A stretch of DNA of 64,000 bases from an uncultured Clostridia bacterium (GCA_944388585.1 CALXJI010000003.1:4500-68499), one strand, 5' to 3'. Shown: positions 36,285 to 47,968, counted from the first letter of the stretch. The notes: generated by a model not told the origin, from the letters alone. A program made the numbers and translations.

Positions 36285-38918
36285 TTATTCCATATCTTTA
36301 AAAAATTTTCTAACTCCAAATTTAGATAATTCTATAACACCAAATCCCACAATATTAATTAATATTATTATTAGTAAATGAGTTAATGTTAATGGAACTA
36401 TTTCAAATATACTTCCTATTGGAGTTAAGAATACTAGAAGTTGCATTACTATTAATATTAACATTCCTATATTCATAGCTTTGTTTGAGAAAATTCCTTG
36501 TTTTACTATAGGCTCTTTTAAATTTCTACAATTTAAAGCATATACCATTTCTTGTACAACCATACATAAAAACGCCATTGTTCTTGCTACATCTTGACCA
36601 TAATAAATATTTGCAAAATAATAAGTTCCAAGTACAGATACTGCTTTAAATAATGCAGAAACAACTAAACTTGCTATAACAAATGGTGTAAAAAATGGTG
36701 CATTTACAGGCTTAGGTTTTCTTTTCATTATTCCTTTTGCAGCTTTTTCAAAAGCTAAACATATTGAAGGAATAGAATCGGTAGCTAAATTAATATATAA
36801 TATGTGTAATGGTAAAAAGATTTCTATATTATTAAATAATCCTACTATAACAACAAGTATTTCTGCAAAATTACTTGCAAGTGAATATATTATACCATTT
36901 CTTATATTATCATATATTTTTCTACCTTCACCTACTGCATCTACAATAGTACTAAAACTATCATCTATTAATATTACATCTGCAACACTCTTTGTGACTT
37001 CTGTACCCGTTTTTCCCATTCCAATTCCAACATGTGCAAGTTTTATAGCAGGAGCATCATTTACTCCATCACCTGTCATTGCAACAACTTTATTATTTGC
37101 TTGCCATGCTTTTACTATTCTTACCTTATGTTCTGGTTGCACTCTTGCATAAACACTATACTTACTTACTTCTTTTATTAATTGCTCATCGCTCAACTTG
37201 TCTAATTCTTTACCTTCGATAACTCCTGTACCTTCTTCTATAATTCCTATTTCTTTTGCTATTGCTGTAGCTGTACTTAAACTATCACCAGTTATCATAA
37301 TAGGACGAATTCCTGCTTCACGACAAGTTTTAATAGATTCTTTTACAGTTTCTCTTGGAGGATCCATCATGCCAACAAGGCCTACGAAAGTCAAATTATT
37401 TTCTACAACTGGCAATTCATCTTCTTGTGGTACTTCTTTTATAACCTTATATCCAAAAGATAATACTCTTAAAGATTTTTGGGCCATTTCTTTTTCGAAA
37501 TTTAAAATTTTTTGTATCTGTTTTTCATTTAATTCATAAACATTTCCATTTTCATAATATGAAGTACATTTTTTAAGTAAAGAATCTAAACTTCCCTTTG
37601 TTGCAACTATAATTTTATCTTGAATAGTATTTATAGTTGTCATCATTTTTCTATCTGAATCAAAAGGTACTTCAGCTACCCTTTTATTTTCGTTAACTAT
37701 ATTTTGTGGATTATATCCCATATCCATAGCATATTTAAATAATGCTGTTTCTGTAGGATCGCCTATTAAATTTTCTTTATTCTGTGGATCAAATTTACTG
37801 TCATTACATAATACCATTAAGTCTATTAAAAGCTCACTATTTTCTATAGGCTCTTTTTCTACTTTATAATTTTTATTATTAAAAATAACTTCTTTTACAG
37901 TCATTTTATTTTGAGTAATTGTTCCTGTTTTATCCGAACAAATTATATCTATAGAGCCTAATGTTTCAACAGATGATATTTTTCTTACTATTGTATTTTT
38001 CTTTGCCATAGCAGTAGTACCTAAAGATAACGTAACAGTTATAACTGTAGGTAAATTCTCTGGTATAGCAGCAACAGCAAGAGATATACAAAGCATTATA
38101 ATTTCTAGTGTATCATTGCCCTTAGCAATTCCATAAATTAGTACAAATCCAATTATGATTGCAATTATAATTGACAAGACTTTACTTATATTATTAATTT
38201 TTATCTGCAATGGTGATAGTACTTCTTTGTCTTTTTGAACAGATGAAGCTATTTTTCCAAGCTCTGTCTCCATACCAGTCTTTACAACAACTGCTTTTAA
38301 CTTTCCATATACAACGTTGCATCCTGAATAAACCATGTTTATTCTTTCATTAATTTGTGCATCAGAATTCACTTTTTCTGTATCTTTAGCTATAGGTTCA
38401 CTCTCTCCAGTAAGCATTGATTCATCTACACTAGAAGATACTTCCCATATAACTCTAGCATCTGCAGGAACAGTATCTCCTGCTTCTAAGCTTAAAATAT
38501 CTCCAGGGACAATTTTTTCGGAAGAGCATATCATAACTTGACCATTTCTAATAACTTTTGCATTTGGTGTAGTCATCTTTTTTAAACTTTCCACTGCTGA
38601 TTCAGCTTTAAGCTCTTGGGCAAATCCCATAATAGCATTTAACAATACAACTGCAATTATTACTATAGTATCTGTATAAGCTTCACCATTTAAATATGAA
38701 CTTATACCTGAAAAAACAGCAGCTATTAAAAGTACTACTATCATCATATCTTTAAATTGATCTAAAAATTTAGATAATTTACTTTTCTTATTTACTTCTT
38801 TTAATTTATTGAGTCCATATCTATTAAGACGAGCTTCTGCTTCTTTAGTAGATAAACCCTCTTCACTGGTTTCTAAAGAGGCTAAGACTTTATCTACATC
38901 CTCATCGTAATATTTCAT
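36285..38918 (-). CDS. P-type cation-transporting ATPase, Ca2+ (type IIA, YloB-like)
   Basis: CSDKTGTITQN, MITGD, TGDGVNDAPAIK and about 10 TM helices. Start at 38918 (MKYYDEDV), preceded by GGAGG. Confidence 0.9.
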   Translation of the reverse strand: MKYYDEDVDKVLASLETSEEGLSTKEAEARLNRYGLNKLKEVNKKSKLSKFLDQFKDMMIVVLLIAAVFSGISSYLNGEAYTDTIVIIAVVLLNAIMGFAQELKAESAVESLKKMTTPNAKVIRNGQVMICSSEKIVPGDILSLEAGDTVPADARVIWEVSSSVDESMLTGESEPIAKDTEKVNSDAQINERINMVYSGCNVVYGKLKAVVVKTGMETELGKIASSVQKDKEVLSPLQIKINNISKVLSIIIAIIIGFVLIYGIAKGNDTLEIIMLCISLAVAAIPENLPTVITVTLSLGTTAMAKKNTIVRKISSVETLGSIDIICSDKTGTITQNKMTVKEVIFNNKNYKVEKEPIENSELLIDLMVLCNDSKFDPQNKENLIGDPTETALFKYAMDMGYNPQNIVNENKRVAEVPFDSDRKMMTTINTIQDKIIVATKGSLDSLLKKCTSYYENGNVYELNEKQIQKILNFEKEMAQKSLRVLSFGYKVIKEVPQEDELPVVENNLTFVGLVGMMDPPRETVKESIKTCREAGIRPIMITGDSLSTATAIAKEIGIIEEGTGVIEGKELDKLSDEQLIKEVSKYSVYARVQPEHKVRIVKAWQANNKVVAMTGDGVNDAPAIKLAHVGIGMGKTGTEVTKSVADVILIDDSFSTIVDAVGEGRKIYDNIRNGIIYSLASNFAEILVVIVGLFNNIEIFLPLHILYINLATDSIPSICLAFEKAAKGIMKRKPKPVNAPFFTPFVIASLVVSALFKAVSVLGTYYFANIYYGQDVARTMAFLCMVVQEMVYALNCRNLKEPIVKQGIFSNKAMNIGMLILIVMQLLVFLTPIGSIFEIVPLTLTHLLIIILINIVGFGVIELSKFGVRKFFKDME

Positions 38919-38994
38919 AAAACCAACCTCCGAAAAAATTATATCATAAAGATATATATTTTTCTTTATTTTCACTAAAATTATATATTTTTTT

Positions 38995-39031
38995 CAAAAA
39001 AATAACATTATAGAAAATCTATAATGTTATT
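38995..39031 (-). terminator. intrinsic terminator
   Basis: aataacattatag ... tataatgttatt stem with a T-run on the minus strand. Confidence 0.7.
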
Positions 39032-39032
39032 T

Positions 39033-39323
39033 CTAATAATTATAATTTAAATAATCATATGTATTCTTTAATACACTAATTTCATTTAAATAGCTTAAAT
39101 CATCTTGTAGTATTATATTTCTTAAATAATCTAATCTATTTTTTAGATCTGGATATTCATTGATTACCTTTGTAGTATAGCAATAAAAATCATTATTTTG
39201 TGGTCTTTTTGCATTTTTTTTATTTAGCATTTTATCATAAAGAGTTATATATTCACCTTTAATAAGCTCTATTGCATCTTCATATTTTTCTTCATTTAAT
39301 AATGTATCTATTTTTATATTCAT
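39033..39323 (-). CDS. hypothetical protein (96 aa)
   Basis: GGAGGG RBS. No motif recognised. Confidence 0.5.
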   Translation of the reverse strand: MNIKIDTLLNEEKYEDAIELIKGEYITLYDKMLNKKNAKRPQNNDFYCYTTKVINEYPDLKNRLDYLRNIILQDDLSYLNEISVLKNTYDYLNYNY

Positions 39324-39421
39324 TTTTATGCCCTCCTAAAAGTACAATAATATTATATCACAAATTTCGCCAAAAGTAAATGTTATGTAATCTTGAAAAG
39401 AAAAATAGAGCTTTTCTTGCT

Positions 39422-40306
39422 CTATTCATTTATTATAATATTTGGCTTTTGATGAACTTTATAAAATTCGTTATTATCTAATAAATAATATTTATACGAT
39501 ACTTCATTATCATTAGATAATTGTGCATCCCATGTTATATCTAAATTGTACCATTTTCCATTTAATAATACTTTATTCCATATATGAGATTGAGAGGAAT
39601 CAGTACTATCTATATTTTCGACTGAAATACTAGGTATACCTAAATTATCCATTATAAACTTAAATCCATATGAATAACCTGCACACACTGTATCGCCAGT
39701 TTCAAATATTGAAACAAAAGATTGAAACTTATCTTTTTGGCTATACGTGTATCCTGTATATGTACTTATTTCTATTAATTTATCATGTACATATTTTACT
39801 TTTTTTTCATCAGATCTATATTTTTCAGCTTCCCTAATAATTTCTTTATACTTTGGCTCTATCTCTTCTTTTATTTTTAAAGCTTCTTCTTTAGTAAATG
39901 TATATCTCAAACGTATAACCATATTAGTATTAATAGTCCCTGTAAATATGTCACCTATTGAAGAATATGAATCTATCCAAAATATTTCTGGATGATCAAG
40001 AATTACTGCAGAAAATGCATTTTTTAACTCTTTACTTTTTATCTCATCTAATGTTGTAGAAAAAGTCGATCTAAATTGTAAATATGATTCTTTAAGCTCA
40101 TCATAAAGTACTTTTTCGCTTTCATTTAAAATAGATCTATAATATTCATAAGCTTGCCTTCCACTGTACACTTCATATTTTGTTTCATCTACAAAAGCAC
40201 TAACTTGAGTTGTTTGAGTTGCTTGATTGTTTTTCAAAAAAATATATGCAAAAACAAAAATAAGTACTAAAGTCGCAAAAGTTTTAAATAATCTGGATTT
40301 ATTCAT
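39422..40306 (-). CDS. membrane-anchored transglutaminase-like cysteine peptidase domain protein
   Basis: N-terminal TM helix. GDTVCAGYSYGFKF (Cys), SHIWN (His) and NLDITWD (Asp) in the expected order. Confidence 0.65.
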   Translation of the reverse strand: MNKSRLFKTFATLVLIFVFAYIFLKNNQATQTTQVSAFVDETKYEVYSGRQAYEYYRSILNESEKVLYDELKESYLQFRSTFSTTLDEIKSKELKNAFSAVILDHPEIFWIDSYSSIGDIFTGTINTNMVIRLRYTFTKEEALKIKEEIEPKYKEIIREAEKYRSDEKKVKYVHDKLIEISTYTGYTYSQKDKFQSFVSIFETGDTVCAGYSYGFKFIMDNLGIPSISVENIDSTDSSQSHIWNKVLLNGKWYNLDITWDAQLSNDNEVSYKYYLLDNNEFYKVHQKPNIIINE

Positions 40307-40420
40307 AAAACTCCCACCTTTCATTAAATTATTAAATTTCATGTTCTCTTTTAAATAATCATTAGTATTATATCACTTTTTGATATTTATGTCAACTTAT
40401 CACTTTTAATAATTATATTG

Positions 40421-40449
40421 TTGTATCTAATTTATAGCTATGATATAAT
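40421..40449 (+). promoter_or_regulatory. sigma-A promoter with extended -10 for hpt
   Basis: TTGTAT, a 17-nt spacer (ending in TGA), then TATAAT. Confidence 0.55.
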
Positions 40450-40473
40450 TGTAAAATCAGGAGGATAATTATT

Positions 40474-40983
40474 ATGATTTTACACACACTAATTAACGAA
40501 AATGCTTTAAAAAATAGAATAAAAGAATTAGCACAACAAATACAAAATGACTTTAAAAATGAAGAAATAATAATCATTTGTATATTAAAAGGATCTATTT
40601 TTTTCACTACAGAACTTGCAAAAAATATATCTTCATCTATAATACTTGATTTTATGAAAGTATCAAGCTACAATGGTACACAAAGTACAGGTAAACTTAA
40701 TTTTAGCTTAGATATTAGTCAAAATATTAAAAACAAAAATGTAATAATCGTTGAAGATATAATTGATACTGGTAGAACACTATATTATTTAAAAAAATAT
40801 TTTAATGAAAAAAGTCCAAAAGCACTTAAAATTTGTACTTTATTAGATAAAAAAGAAAGAAGAGAATTTAATATTGAACCTGATTATACTGGTTTTGATA
40901 TTCCTGATAAATTTGTTGTAGGCTTTGGTCTAGACTATAATGAAAAATATAGAAATTTGCCATTTATTGGTTATTTAGAGTAA
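40474..40983 (+). CDS. hpt: hypoxanthine phosphoribosyltransferase
   Basis: VIIVEDIIDTGRTL PRPP loop, FVVGFGLDY, and size. Confidence 0.9.
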   Translation: MILHTLINENALKNRIKELAQQIQNDFKNEEIIIICILKGSIFFTTELAKNISSSIILDFMKVSSYNGTQSTGKLNFSLDISQNIKNKNVIIVEDIIDTGRTLYYLKKYFNEKSPKALKICTLLDKKERREFNIEPDYTGFDIPDKFVVGFGLDYNEKYRNLPFIGYLE

Positions 40984-41029
40984 TTTGTATATTACTCTTT
41001 TTTTATCTCATAATATTAATGGTGATGTA

Positions 41030-41506
41030 ATGAAAGTCTTTGACTATTATAAAAAGATATTTTCCTTTATATTTATCATTACTGTAATAGCTATTTTAAT
41101 ACATACAGTTACTTGTATAGATATAAGAAATTTCAAAGTCTCCGTAAGTCACATAACAAAAAACTATAATTTATTTAAATATTTATACCCTATATTATAT
41201 ATTTTATTAGGAATAAGCGTTTATAGATATAGTATAACTTTTGAAAACTCAAAAAATTTGTATTTAGTTTTTTTGATATATTTAGTTACTATATCACTTA
41301 CAGTATTATCTTCAATATTATCATTAAGATATGCTAAATTTATATATAGTTTTTGGTGTATATTAATATGTGGAATTTTGGATAGTATTTTATCATATCT
41401 TTTATACATTACATCACCTAAATTTTTATATTTTAGTGGAATACATGTAGTTTTGTATTCCTATTTGAGCATTGTAACTTTTTGGTTATATTCTCAAAAT
41501 ATTTAA
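41030..41506 (+). CDS. hypothetical polytopic membrane protein
   Basis: Four to five hydrophobic helices. Start at MKVFDYY. Confidence 0.5.
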   Translation: MKVFDYYKKIFSFIFIITVIAILIHTVTCIDIRNFKVSVSHITKNYNLFKYLYPILYILLGISVYRYSITFENSKNLYLVFLIYLVTISLTVLSSILSLRYAKFIYSFWCILICGILDSILSYLLYITSPKFLYFSGIHVVLYSYLSIVTFWLYSQNI

Positions 41507-41523
41507 GGAGTAAGAAAACATTC

Positions 41524-42297
41524 TTACTCCTCTTTTATATTGAAAAATTCAAGCGAATTTCGGTATACTATTTGAGATAGTTCATCTTTAGAAATATTTT
41601 TATATTCTGACAATTTATCTAATATTATAGGAAGATTTTCTGATGTATTTAAAGTTCCTCTTAATGGAACTGGTGGTAAATATGGAGAATCTGTCTCTAT
41701 GACAATTTGATTAACTGGTATCATATTCATATATCTACTAAAAGACGCTGCTCTTTTATATGTTATATTTCCGCCAAAAGCTACCATATATCCATTTTCA
41801 AGTACAAGTCTTACTAAATCTTCAGTCGGTGAAAAGCAGTGCATTAAAGTGCCATACTTTGCTGGACATTCTTTTAATGTTGTATATGTATCTAAAGATG
41901 CATCTCTTGAATGAACACAAATAGGCAATTTTAATTTATTTGCAAGCTTTATTTGATTTTTAAATAATTCTATTTGTTCATTTTTATTCTCTTTAGTGTA
42001 AGAATAATCTAGTCCAATCTCTCCTATTGCAACAATTTTACCATTATTGTATTTTCTATACACCTCTTCAAGTTCTTCCACACTACATTTTTCCACATCA
42101 CTCGGATGTATACCAATAGCAACATATATGTTTTTATATCTATTAGAAAGTTCTATTGCTTTGATAGAACTCTCTATATTATATCCAATATTTATAATAT
42201 ATTTAACACCAATTTCTTTGCATCTTCTTAATACATCATCTACAATTCCTTCAAATTTTTCATCATTATAATGTGCATGTGTATCAAAGTAATTCAT
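41524..42297 (-). CDS. tatD: TatD-family metal-dependent hydrolase/DNase
   Basis: FDTHAHYND, GEIGLDY, HSRDA and ETDSPYL. Confidence 0.9.
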   Translation of the reverse strand: MNYFDTHAHYNDEKFEGIVDDVLRRCKEIGVKYIINIGYNIESSIKAIELSNRYKNIYVAIGIHPSDVEKCSVEELEEVYRKYNNGKIVAIGEIGLDYSYTKENKNEQIELFKNQIKLANKLKLPICVHSRDASLDTYTTLKECPAKYGTLMHCFSPTEDLVRLVLENGYMVAFGGNITYKRAASFSRYMNMIPVNQIVIETDSPYLPPVPLRGTLNTSENLPIILDKLSEYKNISKDELSQIVYRNSLEFFNIKEE

Positions 42298-42307
42298 AAT
42301 TAACTCC

Positions 42308-43690
42308 TTAATCTTTTTTTGTTGGAAAAGTCATTGTAACCTCTGTACCTTCATTTAATTTACTATTTATAGTTATAGTACCATTATTTCCGTCAACCAT
42401 TTCTTTTACTATTGAAAGGCCAAGACCTGTTCCACCCATTTTTCTTGATCTTGCTTTATCTACTCTATAAAATCTCTCAAATATCCTGTTTAAATCTTTT
42501 TGAGGAATTCCTATTCCATTATCTATTACCTTTATATATACTCTATCATCAATAGGTCCTGCATACACTCTAATAAGTCCACCATCAGGTGTATATTTTA
42601 TGCTATTAGTTAAAATATTAATGACTATTTGCTCAATAGAATCTTTATCTGCATAAATTGATGGTACTTTATCTGCACATATTAATTCCAATTTATGAGA
42701 TTTCTGCTCTGCTTCATATCTTACTTTTTCACATACTTTTTTCAAAATATCTACAGTATTTAAAGTAGCTTTATTCCAATTTACCCTATTATAATCTATC
42801 TTAGATAATTGTAACAAATCTGAAACTAATCTACTCATTCTATTAGCTTCTTGATTTATTACTCTAGAGAATTTAATAATTTCTTGATATGTAAGATCAC
42901 CATTCATTATTGTTTCAGAATATCCTCTAATTGACGTTAATGGTGTTTTTAGCTCATGTGAAACATTAGCAACAAATTCTTTTCTTACATTATCTGTTTT
43001 TACACTATCTGTAATGTTTCTTACTATCATTATAATTCCCATAGGATTTAGCTCATCACTAAAAAATGGTGCAAACACTATACTTAAAGCTAATTCTCCC
43101 ATTTGAGTTTTAAATTCCATACTCTGATAATTAGGCAAATACATAATTTTATCAAAATCGATAGTAATATTTAATTTTTTGCATAATTTTTCAAAAGTAT
43201 CTTCGTTTTGAGTTATATTTAACATCCTCATTGCAGCTTTATTCATATGAACAACTTGTCTACTAGTAGAAAAAGCTATAACTCCATCTGCCATATGCTC
43301 AAGTATTATTTCAGTTTTGCTTTCTTGACTATTTAAATCAAACGTGTTCTTTTTTATAACTTTAAGCATAGATGAATAAGAGTCTGCTAATTCTTTATAT
43401 TCTTCAAACTCTTTTTCTTCTTTTATTCTTAAATTATCTGGAAACTTTCCTTCGCTTATAAACTTCATTCCTTTTTCTATTTTTTTTAATGGTGAAACTA
43501 TTTTATTTGAGATAATAACTGAAATAATATAAGCTAATACTACAAATATTATAAAAACAATTATATTATTTTTAGAAAATATATTATCTGTATCAATAAT
43601 AGAGCCGGATAAAATTATGGTAGTTATATAAACTATAACTACCATAATTATACACATAGCCCTAATAATTTTTTTCATAGAAATCTTCAT
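42308..43690 (-). CDS. sensor histidine kinase (TM - PAS - HisKA - HATPase_c)
   Basis: H-box SHELKTPLTSI, N/G boxes DNGIGIP and GGTGLGLSIV. Confidence 0.9.
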   Translation of the reverse strand: MKISMKKIIRAMCIIMVVIVYITTIILSGSIIDTDNIFSKNNIIVFIIFVVLAYIISVIISNKIVSPLKKIEKGMKFISEGKFPDNLRIKEEKEFEEYKELADSYSSMLKVIKKNTFDLNSQESKTEIILEHMADGVIAFSTSRQVVHMNKAAMRMLNITQNEDTFEKLCKKLNITIDFDKIMYLPNYQSMEFKTQMGELALSIVFAPFFSDELNPMGIIMIVRNITDSVKTDNVRKEFVANVSHELKTPLTSIRGYSETIMNGDLTYQEIIKFSRVINQEANRMSRLVSDLLQLSKIDYNRVNWNKATLNTVDILKKVCEKVRYEAEQKSHKLELICADKVPSIYADKDSIEQIVINILTNSIKYTPDGGLIRVYAGPIDDRVYIKVIDNGIGIPQKDLNRIFERFYRVDKARSRKMGGTGLGLSIVKEMVDGNNGTITINSKLNEGTEVTMTFPTKKD

Positions 43691-43711
43691 ATTTAGCTCA
43701 CTTTCTTAACT

Positions 43712-44413
43712 TTATGCTGAAACGTAATATCCCATACCTCTTTTTGTTTGAACATATTGTGGTTCAGCTGAATTTTTTTCGATCTTTTCTCTTAATCTTC
43801 TCACAGTAACATCTACGGTTCTAGCATCACCATAAAAATCATATCCCCATACTCCTCTTAGTATTTGCTCTCTTGTAAATACTTGATTTGGATTTGTAGA
43901 TAACATTTTTAAAAGCTCAAATTCTTTTATAGTAAGATCTATTGTTTTTCCTCCTACTATTGCTATATATCTTTCAGGATCTATAATCATATCCTTTATT
44001 TTAATTTTATTTTTTGATGAATTTTTATCTTCATCACTATCAGGTAAAACATGTTTTCTTAAATTTGCTTTTACCCTGGCAATAACTTCTCTAATACTAA
44101 AAGGCTTTGTCATATAATCATCTGCACCTAGCTCTAACCCTATAATCTTATCCACAACTTCATCTTTAGCAGTAAGCATTATAATAGGACAAACTAAGCT
44201 TTTTCTTAATTTTTTACAAACGTTGAATCCATCAATTTTAGGTAACATTAAATCTAATAAAATTAAATCTGGATTGATAGATAACGCAAGTTTTATTGCT
44301 TCTTCTCCATCATAAGCTACAGTAGTAGTAAAACCTTCTTTTTCTAAATTAAATTTTAATACATCTGCTATTGCCTTTTCGTCGTCAACTATTAAGATTT
44401 TCTTATCATTCAT
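43712..44413 (-). CDS. OmpR/PhoB-family response regulator
   Basis: ILIVDDE, LDLMLP, TAKD, and a winged-helix C-terminus VTVRRLREKIE. Confidence 0.9.
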   Translation of the reverse strand: MNDKKILIVDDEKAIADVLKFNLEKEGFTTTVAYDGEEAIKLALSINPDLILLDLMLPKIDGFNVCKKLRKSLVCPIIMLTAKDEVVDKIIGLELGADDYMTKPFSIREVIARVKANLRKHVLPDSDEDKNSSKNKIKIKDMIIDPERYIAIVGGKTIDLTIKEFELLKMLSTNPNQVFTREQILRGVWGYDFYGDARTVDVTVRRLREKIEKNSAEPQYVQTKRGMGYYVSA

Positions 44414-44504
44414 ATATATACACCTCATACTTTACTCAAAGCTATCCTAATTATATCACGTAGAAAAAAATTTTGCTACATTTTCATGAAATTTTTTTGT
44501 AATT

Positions 44505-45320
44505 TTATTGTAATTTATATTCAATATCAATTTTAGGTAAGTCTAATATTTGTTTAGTTCTAATTTTAAATTCTTCACTTGGTTTTGTCATAATAATATG
44601 TACTCTTAAGTCTTTTAAGTTATCATAAGTTTTGTCAACATTTTTTATGTTCTTAATTAAATTATTAGAAATTCCTTTTGCACCATCAACAATATTAATA
44701 TTATCACAATTAGGATATAACTTGTTAATTATATATTTAAATTCATCATAAAACAAAGGAAAATGTGTACATCCAAGTACAATGTGACTAAATTTTTTTA
44801 AATCATATTTTGATAGCAATTTTTCTATATAGTTATATATTTCCTTTTTTAAATTACTACAGTTAACATCTTCTGCAAACTTAACTAATTTGTCTGCAGC
44901 AACAAGTTCTACACAATCCGATATACCTAATTTATCTATTAAATTTAATAACTTCTCCTGCTTAACAGTAATACTTGTTGCAAGTACTAGTATTTTTTTA
45001 TGTGTATATGCATCAGCTGCTACTTTTACTGCTGGCTCTGTGCCTATAAAGATAATGTCTTTATATTTTTCTCTTAAACTTTTAATACATAAACTGGTAG
45101 CTGTATTGCATGCAATAACTATAGGATTACAACCGTATTCTACTAATGTCTTAATATTATCTTCTACTACCATTTTTACAAAGTCTTTATTCTTTATTCC
45201 ATATGGTGTATTTTTATTATCTCCTAAATAATATATCTCTCCCTTTAATTTTTCATTTTTTATTGCTTCTTTTAAAACAGTAAGTCCTCCAAGTCCAGAA
45301 TCAAAAAAACCAATTTTCAT
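44505..45320 (-). CDS. murI: glutamate racemase
   Basis: FDSGLGGLTV, ACNTAT and LGCTHFP. Confidence 0.9.
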   Translation of the reverse strand: MKIGFFDSGLGGLTVLKEAIKNEKLKGEIYYLGDNKNTPYGIKNKDFVKMVVEDNIKTLVEYGCNPIVIACNTATSLCIKSLREKYKDIIFIGTEPAVKVAADAYTHKKILVLATSITVKQEKLLNLIDKLGISDCVELVAADKLVKFAEDVNCSNLKKEIYNYIEKLLSKYDLKKFSHIVLGCTHFPLFYDEFKYIINKLYPNCDNINIVDGAKGISNNLIKNIKNVDKTYDNLKDLRVHIIMTKPSEEFKIRTKQILDLPKIDIEYKLQ

Positions 45321-45426
45321 TTTATACTCCTTGTATATTAACTTTTAAATTACAAATAATATTTATAACTACACTGTAGTTTTTTATAGAAAATAGGTGA
45401 TATGTTAATAGTATATCACCTATTTT

Positions 45427-46020
45427 TTACATTTCTCTTCTTCCTTCTAAAGCTTTTATAAGTGTAATTTCATCAGTATATTCTAAATCTCCTCCTACAG
45501 GTATTCCATGTGCAATTCTAGTAACATTTATACCTAACGGTTTTATAAGTCTAGAAATATACATAGCTGTAGCTTCTCCTTCAACTGTAGGATTAGTAGC
45601 AAGTATTACTTCTTTTATTTTATCATCGCTAAGTCTACTTAATAATTCTTTTATCTTAATATCTCCTGCTGATATATTGTTCATTGGTGAGATTGCACCA
45701 TGTAAAACATGATATAATCCTTTATATTCATGTGTCTTTTCCATAGCAATTACATCCTTTACATTTTCTACCACACAAATAGTTGAATCATCTCTTTTTT
45801 TGTCTGAACAAATATCACAGGGATCTTTCTCTGTCAAATTATAACAAATTGAACAAAATTTTACATTTTCTTTTGCTTCAACTAAAGTCTTTGACATTTC
45901 CTTTGCGACATCTTCTGGTGCCTCAAGAATATAAAAAGCAAGCCTTACCGCTGTTTTATGACCTATTCCCGGCAATTTTTCAAATTGATTAATTAATTTA
46001 TTAACTGTATCTGAATACAT
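45427..46020 (-). CDS. recR: recombination protein RecR
   Basis: [14 protein letters not shown] HhH, C4 finger CSICYNL...CDIC, and a Toprim domain. Confidence 0.95.
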   Translation of the reverse strand: MYSDTVNKLINQFEKLPGIGHKTAVRLAFYILEAPEDVAKEMSKTLVEAKENVKFCSICYNLTEKDPCDICSDKKRDDSTICVVENVKDVIAMEKTHEYKGLYHVLHGAISPMNNISAGDIKIKELLSRLSDDKIKEVILATNPTVEGEATAMYISRLIKPLGINVTRIAHGIPVGGDLEYTDEITLIKALEGRREM

Positions 46021-46029
46021 ATTAATCAC

Positions 46030-46365
46030 CTAGAAAAGTCCTGGTATATTAAAACCACCCAATTCTTTTTCCATCATTGAATCTGCTTGTTTTAAAGCTT
46101 CATTTACTGCTGTTAAGACTAAATCTTGTAGCATCTCAACATCATCTGGATCTACAACATCTTTTTTTATTATTATTTCCTTTATAACTTTATCTCCTGT
46201 AGCCTTTACAACAACAGCTCCTCCACCTGCAGAAGTTTCTATTTCTTTAGAAGCTACTTCACTTTGTTTCTTTTGCATATCTGCTTGCATCTTCTGTGCT
46301 TGCTTTAATAAATTTTGCATATTTCCCATTCCACCACCAGGAAATCCACCATATTTACTTCCCAT
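46030..46365 (-). CDS. ybaB: YbaB/EbfC nucleoid-associated protein
   Basis: [19 protein letters not shown]. Position between dnaX and recR. Confidence 0.9.
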   Translation of the reverse strand: MGSKYGGFPGGGMGNMQNLLKQAQKMQADMQKKQSEVASKEIETSAGGGAVVVKATGDKVIKEIIIKKDVVDPDDVEMLQDLVLTAVNEALKQADSMMEKELGGFNIPGLF

Positions 46366-46421
46366 ATTTATCCATCCTTTCACAAAGTTTATTATAATAT
46401 AATTTCTTTCATATTTCAAGT

Positions 46422-47954
46422 TTAATCTAATTTTGTATATTCAATATTACTATCTTTTAATATCTTTTCTATTTTAGAAATGGACTCTTCATTTGCTCCT
46501 TTTAATTCTAATATTATATTCTTATTTATCTTATATTTTTCATATAATACTTGTGCTATAGTATCAATGCTCTCATCTGATTTTAAAATATTATATGCAA
46601 AAGTATTCTTTGTAATAATTTTTACAACATCATCTACGTATACTTTTGCACCTGCAAGAGCAGAATATACCTTTATTTTTCCTTTTTCAATTATTGCTTT
46701 TTTAAGTTCTTCTGTATTAGGAAATTCTGTTAATTTTTCTTCTTTTACTTGAAAAGCTTCAATATTTTTTACAGTTTCTTTTACTCTATTATCCGGTATA
46801 ACTTTTACTTCTTCTATATTTATTTTATTATTTTTAATGTATTCTTGTAAATTAGCTATTTGCTTTTCTAATTTTTCTATTTTTTGTATATAAATATTAT
46901 TTAATTTACTTTCACCACTCTGTATATTGCTCTTACTACTTATTTGATTACAAAGCTGAACAATACATGACTTTAATACTATTTCTTTTCTAGTTGTAGA
47001 TTTTAGTTCATTATCTAAAGATGATAGTTTATCTATTATATTAGAATATCTATTTTTATTTGACTCATCATCTACCATTCTATTTAAAAACTCATTAGTA
47101 ATTTCAAAAGTAAATTGTCTTAAATCTTTTCCTTTTTTTATTATCTCATCGATAAATTCTAAAGCTTTTAAATAATTATAATCTACTATACAATCTGCTA
47201 CATTCTTTATTATATCCTTATCTATTGCTCCAACAATATTTTCTACATCTTTATATTTTAATACATCCTCTGTCTCAGATATGCATCTATCTAATATACT
47301 TAAAGCATCTCTTGCTGCTCCATCTGCTAGAGTTGCAATATATTTACACGCTTCATCTTCATATTTTACCCCTTCACAATCTAGGACATATTTTATTCTC
47401 TTATACAAATTTTCCTCAGAAATTCTATTAAATTCAAACTTTAAACACCTAGAAAGAATTGTTACAGGAATTTTATGCTGTTCAGTAGTAGCAAGTATAA
47501 ATACAACATTTTCTGGTGGCTCTTCAAGAGTTTTAAGCAAAGCATTAAAGGCACTTGTTGTAAGCATATGTACTTCATCTATTATATATACCCTATATTT
47601 TACATCAACTGTAGCATAAACAACTTCTTGTCTAATCTGCCTAATATTTTCAACACTGTTGTTTGATGCTGCATCCATTTCTATGACATCTGTTATACTC
47701 CCATCAAGTATTCCTTTACAAACTGCACATTCATTACAAGGTTCTCCATCTTGTGGATTAAGACAATTTATTGCTCTAGCAAATACTTTAGCTGCACTAG
47801 TTTTTCCAGTTCCTCTTGTTCCACTAAATAAATAAGCATGAGATATCTTTCCATTTTTAATTTGATTTTTTAGTATTTTTGTAACATTCTCTTGACCAAT
47901 TATACTATCAAAAGTATTAGGTCTATATTTCCTATATAGTGCTATATATCCCAA
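46422..47954 (-). CDS. dnaX: DNA polymerase III subunit tau/gamma
   Basis: [22 protein letters not shown] and a Zn module CNECAVC. TTG start at 47954, 6 nt after GAGGTG (a GTG at 47963 is possible). The ORF-track N-terminal extension reads through the SRP RNA. Confidence 0.9.
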   Translation of the reverse strand: MGYIALYRKYRPNTFDSIIGQENVTKILKNQIKNGKISHAYLFSGTRGTGKTSAAKVFARAINCLNPQDGEPCNECAVCKGILDGSITDVIEMDAASNNSVENIRQIRQEVVYATVDVKYRVYIIDEVHMLTTSAFNALLKTLEEPPENVVFILATTEQHKIPVTILSRCLKFEFNRISEENLYKRIKYVLDCEGVKYEDEACKYIATLADGAARDALSILDRCISETEDVLKYKDVENIVGAIDKDIIKNVADCIVDYNYLKALEFIDEIIKKGKDLRQFTFEITNEFLNRMVDDESNKNRYSNIIDKLSSLDNELKSTTRKEIVLKSCIVQLCNQISSKSNIQSGESKLNNIYIQKIEKLEKQIANLQEYIKNNKINIEEVKVIPDNRVKETVKNIEAFQVKEEKLTEFPNTEELKKAIIEKGKIKVYSALAGAKVYVDDVVKIITKNTFAYNILKSDESIDTIAQVLYEKYKINKNIILELKGANEESISKIEKILKDSNIEYTKLD

Positions 47955-47968
47955 CTCTTTCACCTCAC

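Noticed and set aside
36802-37539. Plus-strand ORFs of 113-116 aa antisense to the P-type ATPase gene. Similar shadow ORFs occur at 902-1093, 3230-3412, 5811-6197, 8943-9128, 12863-13087, 14121-14669, 25664-25906, 28371-28559, 30395-30601, 31969-32169, 34073-34288, 38335-38541, 39747-39995, 42047-42271, 44890-45231, 45783-45992, 46480-47666, 52118-52351, 53019-53225, 58800-59174 and 60911-61249.
   Set aside because: They are antisense to strongly supported genes. They have no RBS and a Ser/Phe/Leu/Ile-rich composition typical of reverse-frame translation of AT-rich coding DNA.
40413-40607. 64-aa minus-strand ORF overlapping the hpt start. The ORF at 41221-41409 inside the membrane-protein gene is a similar case.
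   Set aside because: Antisense to well-supported genes. No RBS.
47133-47139. A7 run inside dnaX as a possible tau/gamma programmed frameshift site.
   Set aside because: It lacks the A-AAA-AAG heptanucleotide in the correct frame together with a downstream stem-loop. A-runs are frequent in this genome. There is no evidence of a functional shift.
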